Below are positions 24,886 to 30,232 of a stretch of DNA of 30,232 nucleotides, in pieces. The notes beneath the pieces are model-generated. The model was given only the letters and a program-made list of their open reading frames with translations, did not search any database and was not told the DNA's origin. Source of the stretch: a virus (Duplodnaviria > Caudoviricetes); the IMG/VR virus record IMGVR_UViG_3300017754_000491, positions 1 to 30,232 of that record. One strand, written 5' to 3'. A program made the translations under genes and the position numbers. Position 1 is the first letter of the stretch, and every line of letters starts with the position of its first letter.

Positions 24886-27597
24886 TTAACCACCACCCTG
24901 ATTCTGTTGACTCATCAATGCGTATTCGTATTGACTCTTAATAGCATTGATAGTTGCTTGGTCACCATTGGCCATTGCTATTGCCAATGACTGTGCTAAC
25001 ACTGGTCCTAACACTGAACTCACTTGTTGAACTTCTGCATTAGTCATATCATATCTTGTTGTTGGTGCTACTGGTCCTGCAACTGCGGTATTACCAGAAC
25101 TGACATTTACTTGTCCAACTGGAGTTTGTAACAATGCTGGATTGTATGCTTGAACTCTTGTTGCTGGTGTAAACTGTTCTGGAGTATAGCGTCCTGCTAC
25201 AATATCTTCATAGTCTTTGGCACTTAATGGAGCCGCAACGCCTTGAATACCAAATGGTGTTTCAGGTGCTGCCACAGCATTGTAACTGGCAGCATCAAAT
25301 GCTGGTCCACTTTGGAATCCACGATCACCCCAGAAGTATTTGCTTTGTGCATCATTGGTAGTGTTGTAGAACGGTGTAGTTTCAATCAATCCTGGATTCA
25401 ATCCCAGTCCATTAGTCACTGGCGGTAATGGTGGTGGAGGAGGAACAACCACAGGAGGCTGTGGAGGTTTGGGTGGAGGTAATACCACAGGAGGAACTAT
25501 CACTGTAGGAGGTGTTACTGGAGGCACTGGAGGAGGCACTGGAGGCGTTGGTGGTGCTGTTATAACTACTTCTGGAACTACTGGAGGTGGCGTTACTGGA
25601 GGCGTTGGTGGTGCTGTTATAACTACTTCTGGAACAACTGGCTTTACTGGCTTGTCAGCAACTATCTCTACTGTTGGGATTGTGTCATCTTTGGGCTTAA
25701 CTACTTTGTCGCCAACTACTTCCACAGTGGGCACAACTGGCTTAACTGGTTTATCACCAACTACTTCTACAGTAGGCACAGTTTCGTCTTTGGGTTTAAC
25801 TACTTTGTCACCAACTACTTCTACTGTGGGCACTGTGGGCACAACTGGCACAACAGGTGCTACTGCGGGTGTAGTTACATCATCTGTCTTTGTTACTTTA
25901 TCACTGGTAATTTTTACTTCAGGAACTGGTGTTCCTATATTACTATTCAACTGTGTAGTCACAGCGGCTAACACATTTGGATCTATCATTGTAGGAACTA
26001 CTGGTGCTGTTACTGCTGGTGCGGCAGTGCCTGTTACATTAACAGTTTCTATTCCTGGAGTTACTGGTGCAACTGCGCCTGTGCCTCCACTGTTGTTTAA
26101 GAAATCACTGATCTGCGTATTACTCAAACCCTGTGCTTTCAAACTATCAATAATGCTGTTATCAGCCAGGTCACTAAAGTCAATGCCTGCTCCTGGTATA
26201 GCATCTACTGGAGGTGTCCATCCTAAGTCTGCGGCACTGGCATTCTCTAAGAATTGACTAATCTGTGCGTTGCTTAATCCTTGTGCTTTCAAACTATCAA
26301 TGACACCTGTCTCTGCCAAGTCGGCAAAGTTAACAGTTGATCCATCTATGGCACCGCCAAACAGACTGTCACCAGCACCTGGTGTTGCTGATCCAGCACC
26401 TTGAAAGTATCCGCCAATGGCTCCGCCAGCACCACCTAGTAATGCTCCTTTAAGAACATCACCACCTTGAGCACCTGTTAATGCTCCACTGATGATAGCG
26501 TTACCCAATGCGTTTGTTGCCACTGCACCTGCGCCTGCGCCTAATAATGCGTTGCCCAATAAGCCGCCTGCGCCTGTGGCAGCCAATGCTAGTTGAACTA
26601 TGGGCATCCAGGATCCTGCATCACTGCTACTCTGTCCTGATGTGTAGAAATAAGGATTTCCTTTTTCATCAAACTGAACACGATAACCTGTGTTACCTTT
26701 ACCAGCATAAGTGCCACCAAAGGCATCTCCTGTCTGTCTTTCACCATAGGTATTACCCACAGTTTGTCCTGTGAGTTTGTTACCAAATGTTTCTACAGTC
26801 TGTGTGCCTGTTTGTGTTTGATTACCATTCTCATCATAACTGTATACAGGTTCTTCTTTGGTTATCTTGCCGAACTGACTGATGTCTGTAATGCCAATGT
26901 CACTGAGAATCTTTGCCATATCTGCGGCATTCTTTTCTGCACTTCCAAATCCTTCACCTGTCCATTTACTAGTTGTGCCCTGTGCTAGGATCTGGTCTAC
27001 TAAACTCTTTGGCTGTGCTACTGGTGTTACTGTAGGTGCTACTGGGGCTGCTGGTGCTACTGGTGCAGTATACATTGGCTGTGGTGGAGGCTGAGGTGCT
27101 GGTGGTTGTTCAGGAGGTAAACTCAATGCCTCGGGTATTGGTGCAGGAGGAGGTGTAGCATCTACTCTTGTCTGTGGTTGTGGCGAACTTGAGAAATAAT
27201 CTAACTCACCAAAGTTGCCTACATTACTGCCAAAGTCATTGGTATCTTCTAATACTCTACCGCCACCTCTACGAAAGTTGTATATTGGCTGTTCAGTTTC
27301 AGGTTCAGGATAAACTGGTGTAGGTTCAACGGGTGCTGGTGGAGCATATGATATTGGCTCTGGTGGAGGTTCTACCGGAGTATATGATATTGGCTCTGGT
27401 GCTGGTGCAGGTTCTTGATAGTATGGCGTTACATTTGCTTGACTAAAGTAATTATTAATCGTGCCACTGTCATAGCCTGTTGCTCTTGATAAGTCATCTA
27501 GACTTACTCCATACTGCTCGGCCGCTGCCGCAATGGCTGCTGGGTTTCCAATGTTTGCTTGAACATAGGCTTGAATGTCTGCGTCGCTTACTGCCAT
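24886..27597 (-). CDS. Large Pro/Val/Gly-rich probable virion/ejection protein (903 aa) with internal repeats
   Basis: AAAGGA SD; small helical N-domain, Pro-rich linkers, Gly/Ala hydrophobic segment, duplicated DSLKAQGLSN.QIS.FL and repeated PTVEVVGDK/PEVVITA. Confidence 0.75.
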   Translation of the reverse strand: MAVSDADIQAYVQANIGNPAAIAAAAEQYGVSLDDLSRATGYDSGTINNYFSQANVTPYYQEPAPAPEPISYTPVEPPPEPISYAPPAPVEPTPVYPEPETEQPIYNFRRGGGRVLEDTNDFGSNVGNFGELDYFSSSPQPQTRVDATPPPAPIPEALSLPPEQPPAPQPPPQPMYTAPVAPAAPVAPTVTPVAQPKSLVDQILAQGTTSKWTGEGFGSAEKNAADMAKILSDIGITDISQFGKITKEEPVYSYDENGNQTQTGTQTVETFGNKLTGQTVGNTYGERQTGDAFGGTYAGKGNTGYRVQFDEKGNPYFYTSGQSSSDAGSWMPIVQLALAATGAGGLLGNALLGAGAGAVATNALGNAIISGALTGAQGGDVLKGALLGGAGGAIGGYFQGAGSATPGAGDSLFGGAIDGSTVNFADLAETGVIDSLKAQGLSNAQISQFLENASAADLGWTPPVDAIPGAGIDFSDLADNSIIDSLKAQGLSNTQISDFLNNSGGTGAVAPVTPGIETVNVTGTAAPAVTAPVVPTMIDPNVLAAVTTQLNSNIGTPVPEVKITSDKVTKTDDVTTPAVAPVVPVVPTVPTVEVVGDKVVKPKDETVPTVEVVGDKPVKPVVPTVEVVGDKVVKPKDDTIPTVEIVADKPVKPVVPEVVITAPPTPPVTPPPVVPEVVITAPPTPPVPPPVPPVTPPTVIVPPVVLPPPKPPQPPVVVPPPPPLPPVTNGLGLNPGLIETTPFYNTTNDAQSKYFWGDRGFQSGPAFDAASYNAVAAPETPFGIQGVAAPLSAKDYEDIVAGRYTPEQFTPATRVQAYNPALLQTPVGQVNVSSGNTAVAGPVAPTTRYDMTNAEVQQVSSVLGPVLAQSLAIAMANGDQATINAIKSQYEYALMSQQNQGGG
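25540..25840 (-). repeat. Imperfect coding tandem repeats (VPTVEVVGDK x4, VPEVVITAPPTPPV x2)
   Basis: Near-identical DNA units such as ggcgttggtggtgctgttataactacttctggaac (twice) and ccaactacttc.ac.gt.ggcac (three times, plus a variant). Confidence 0.85.
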
Positions 27598-27619
27598 ATT
27601 CTATTTTCCTTTAATCTTA

Positions 27620-27625
27620 TATTTA
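27620..27625 (-). promoter_or_regulatory. TAAATA box upstream of the 903-aa gene
   Basis: gagTAAATAtaa. It includes the upstream TAA stop, so the evidence is weaker. Confidence 0.45.
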
Positions 27626-28753
27626 CTCTTTAATAACCTGTGCTGTTAGACTTCTATAGTCAAATGTTGCGCCTAGCACGATTGTTTCATTAGTTGAATC
27701 ATAATAACTTGTATCCAAAAAGTAAACATAACTTCCTGGTTGGGGTTTGTCTTTGACTGCTGTGAATATTGTTTCATATGTTAATGTATCATTACCTGAA
27801 AAACTACCCACAGAGTTTACAGTCAACACTAGGTCATCTGCTGGAGTTGCTCCACCTAGATCAGTGCCTGGTATAGTTATTGTGTCTCCCACAATCCAAC
27901 CATAACCACCATTGACAATAGTTATGGTAGTGTTGGTTGTATCATATACACCTGCGGCACTGGCATTAATTGCTATGGTGACTACTAATCCTGCACCAGA
28001 GGCTGATAATGTCAATGGATATGTATATGGATAAGTTGTCACAGGCTTACTACCACTGGTAATAGTTAAACCTAAACAACTGTTAGTTGTTGTAGGTATT
28101 GTTGCTGTATACTGTTGATAAGCCACTGTGGCATCATATTCAAATCTATCTGCAAATATCAGATAACGATTGATGGCTGCGGTATATGTCAATGTTGAGG
28201 GATTGATGGCAGCATATTGAATAGTATTCTTTAACTGTGCTGATATAACAGCGTTGTCAAAACCTCCGGCTAGAACAGCAATGCCAAAACAGTCTGTGTT
28301 CAAATATTTGAATGTGCCCGTTACTCCAGCGTTCTGCGATATTGTTCCACCAGTGCCTGATCCTAGGTTAGGCAACGGTGTTTTTATTTTAACTATGACA
28401 TAGGTTGTAGTAGTTTCTACTACGCTGTCATATGTTGTGTTATACTGTGATATCGTAGTGCCGGCAACTGTTAATGTTTGTCCAAGTGCAAAGTATGGCA
28501 CAGCGCCAGGCGTAGTAAATGTGAATTTAAGTGTATAACCATCTAACCAATCTACAGCGGATAATGATTCTGTAGCGTATAAAACTGCCACTGTAGCAGT
28601 GAATGGCGCTACTAGGTTTCCAGTTTGTTGTGCAGTTGTGCTGAATACAGCACCTTGAACACTTTGTCCAAGACCCTGTGTGCCACTGAGCAAATAATTG
28701 ATGGCATCAGACTGCCCAGAGTTGTCGCCTTGTTCTACTGGATACTTAGACAT
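27623..28753 (-). CDS. Beta-rich virion/tail-associated protein (376 aa)
   Basis: Thr-rich, with AINYLLSG near the N-terminus and a NGG.G..VGDTITIPG..LGG.TP.DDL.LTV fibre-type module. Coupled to the nozzle gene by TAATG. Confidence 0.65.
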   Translation of the reverse strand: MSKYPVEQGDNSGQSDAINYLLSGTQGLGQSVQGAVFSTTAQQTGNLVAPFTATVAVLYATESLSAVDWLDGYTLKFTFTTPGAVPYFALGQTLTVAGTTISQYNTTYDSVVETTTTYVIVKIKTPLPNLGSGTGGTISQNAGVTGTFKYLNTDCFGIAVLAGGFDNAVISAQLKNTIQYAAINPSTLTYTAAINRYLIFADRFEYDATVAYQQYTATIPTTTNSCLGLTITSGSKPVTTYPYTYPLTLSASGAGLVVTIAINASAAGVYDTTNTTITIVNGGYGWIVGDTITIPGTDLGGATPADDLVLTVNSVGSFSGNDTLTYETIFTAVKDKPQPGSYVYFLDTSYYDSTNETIVLGATFDYRSLTAQVIKE

Positions 28754-30232
28754 TATCTATCATCCTCAACCTGCGTGAACTGCCAAGTTTCTGCACTACA
28801 CATCCAAACATTTGTTGTGCTGGCACTTTCTGTGGTTATTGAATTAACACGAAAAGCATTTTGATTAAACTGACACCAAGGATTGTCTGTGTCTAGATTC
28901 ATTGTAATGGCAATTTGACTTGCTGGTAAACTGCCCACTGAATTAGCACCTTCCAATGTTAGATCAATTGTTCCTGTGCTTGGTATGATAACAATTTCAT
29001 CACTGTCCGTAAATGGTTCAGCACCAATGTTAACTACTTCTGGAAGTATGCGATGAACCATAAGTTTACCACTGTAGTCTTTTAACAGTTTGATATTGTC
29101 TCTGCGTAGTCTACTTACAATTAAGCCTGTAGGATTATAATCATTGAGCACAAATGCATAACCAACATCCTTCATAACAATCTTTGAATCCTCTGTGCCC
29201 TGTGCGTAAACGATAGTTCTTGATCCAAAGTTTGCTGTCCATACATTAGGCGTAGTTTCTGTGTAGATAGGACTTTCACAGGCAAAGGTAGCATTGGTAA
29301 CTTCCCTGGGAGCATTCCATACATCTAAGTCATAACGATAACTTAACATACTGTCTGGAATGCCATCATCAACTATCTTATTTTTACTGGGATAGTATAT
29401 TTCAATTTGATTCTTTTGTGTGTTTACCTGCATATGAATACGATCATAGTATGCAGGATTGACTTGATCATAGAACCAATTCTTAACTCGTTGATTACCT
29501 ATACCAGTAAACTCATTGCCATTGAACACCCATATGTCACGAGCATCAATACCATAGATCATTTTGTCTGTGTTGACAAAGCAATTACTGCTTAACAATC
29601 CTCTGCCAGTGGTAAACAATCTATTACCTAGAATAGGAACATCTGTGGTTGTATAGTTTAATGGATTGAACACAACTGTGTCCCAATAACTTGATACAAA
29701 CAATTGACCACCACTGGGGAAAGCATCAAGTGCTGGTCCACGCAAAGGTATCTCAAGTTGGTTGGCCACATTAAAGTCTGTGGGTTCCCAGGTCAGTGGT
29801 GCTTGACTTAATCCAAAGTTCTGGCTCCATTGCACAGTTACAGGATAAGTTTCTGTTTCATTGTCTAAGTTTATTGCTGTTAGATTACCTGCTACTAATA
29901 TTGATCCAACATTGGGTGTAGCATACAATCTAAGAAACTGTGCTGTATATGATTTCCAGTCTGGGTTATAGTTCCATACATACAATGGTGCTACACTACC
30001 TTTATTGAATCCAGGATAGGCTGGTAAGAATCCTGTGAATGAATATTGTAGACCATATAGACTACAAGTAGTTACAGTATATGTTCCATCATAGTTACCA
30101 TTAACACCACTGACTACAATTCTATCTCCAGCACCATAGGGCACAGTTTCATATGGACTGCCATTTATTGCAAACGGAGTAGTCAATGTATAACTTGCGC
30201 TGACTACCCATTGACTGCCTGAACCTGTGCCG
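28753..30232 (-). CDS. Tail nozzle / DNA stabilisation protein (beta-propeller type), N-terminus outside the window
   Basis: The frame stays open beyond the TTG at 30186 to the window end (...GTGSGSQWVVSASYT). Motifs VQWS...W.P...A...., GLL..NC, D.WVFNG...IG...VK.WF, EI.YP...L.Y.Y....W are typical of podovirus nozzle proteins. Confidence 0.7.
   Translation of the reverse strand, partial: GTGSGSQWVVSASYTLTTPFAINGSPYETVPYGAGDRIVVSGVNGNYDGTYTVTTCSLYGLQYSFTGFLPAYPGFNKGSVAPLYVWNYNPDWKSYTAQFLRLYATPNVGSILVAGNLTAINLDNETETYPVTVQWSQNFGLSQAPLTWEPTDFNVANQLEIPLRGPALDAFPSGGQLFVSSYWDTVVFNPLNYTTTDVPILGNRLFTTGRGLLSSNCFVNTDKMIYGIDARDIWVFNGNEFTGIGNQRVKNWFYDQVNPAYYDRIHMQVNTQKNQIEIYYPSKNKIVDDGIPDSMLSYRYDLDVWNAPREVTNATFACESPIYTETTPNVWTANFGSRTIVYAQGTEDSKIVMKDVGYAFVLNDYNPTGLIVSRLRRDNIKLLKDYSGKLMVHRILPEVVNIGAEPFTDSDEIVIIPSTGTIDLTLEGANSVGSLPASQIAITMNLDTDNPWCQFNQNAFRVNSITTESASTTNVWMCSAETWQFTQVEDDR

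Noticed and set aside
25540-25840. Possible CRISPR array or DGR repeats
   Set aside because: The repeats are in frame, vary at synonymous positions and lack unique spacers. No cas or reverse transcriptase gene and no adenine-specific variation were seen.
25469-26257. 262-aa plus-strand ORF with Gly/Thr repeats
   Set aside because: It is the antisense shadow of the Pro/Val repeat region of the 903-aa gene, with no SD or independent support.
19291-26786. Alternative-frame minus-strand ORFs (19291..19554, 20975..21214, 23654..23851, 24645..24845, 26598..26786)
   Set aside because: They are nested in longer genes, are short, and have no convincing SD or motifs.
792-29595. Other plus-strand ORFs in the track (e.g. 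792..1058, 6177..6578, 7146..7625, 15403..15759)
   Set aside because: They lie antisense to well-supported minus-strand genes or across the promoter, and have shadow-like composition.
1-30232. tRNA genes, integrase/att sites, introns/inteins, stop-codon reassignment
   Set aside because: I saw no cloverleaf or recombinase motifs. TerL and capsid are uninterrupted and of normal size, and genes tile densely under the standard code.

Overview
This 30 kb window is the morphogenesis region of a tailed dsDNA phage, most likely a podovirus with an SU10/Kuravirus-like (DUF5309-type) capsid. Every credible gene is on the minus strand. Read in transcription order (right to left): tail nozzle/stabilisation protein (cut by the window edge), a beta-rich virion protein, and four probable internal/ejection proteins (one with a peptidase-S74 chaperone domain, one with a lytic-transglycosylase-like domain). 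Then come a Dps/ferritin-like gene, a probable small terminase, a cluster of small basic or disordered proteins, the large terminase, portal, scaffold, major capsid, head-tail adaptor, three fibre proteins and a holin-like peptide. A terminator follows, then a consensus sigma70 promoter that starts a separate, probably early, unit. Main points of interest: (1) a T4-late-promoter-like TAAATA box at nine gene boundaries, two positioned for leaderless mRNAs, alongside genes resembling those of large T4-like phages, suggesting a captured or borrowed gp55-type late transcription system; (2) a 903-aa probable ejection protein with eight TonB-box-like motifs in a proline-rich stalk; (3) a repeated head-motif/tail-domain pattern across three fibres; (4) a permuted structural gene order. 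All family assignments come from motif recognition, not database searches.
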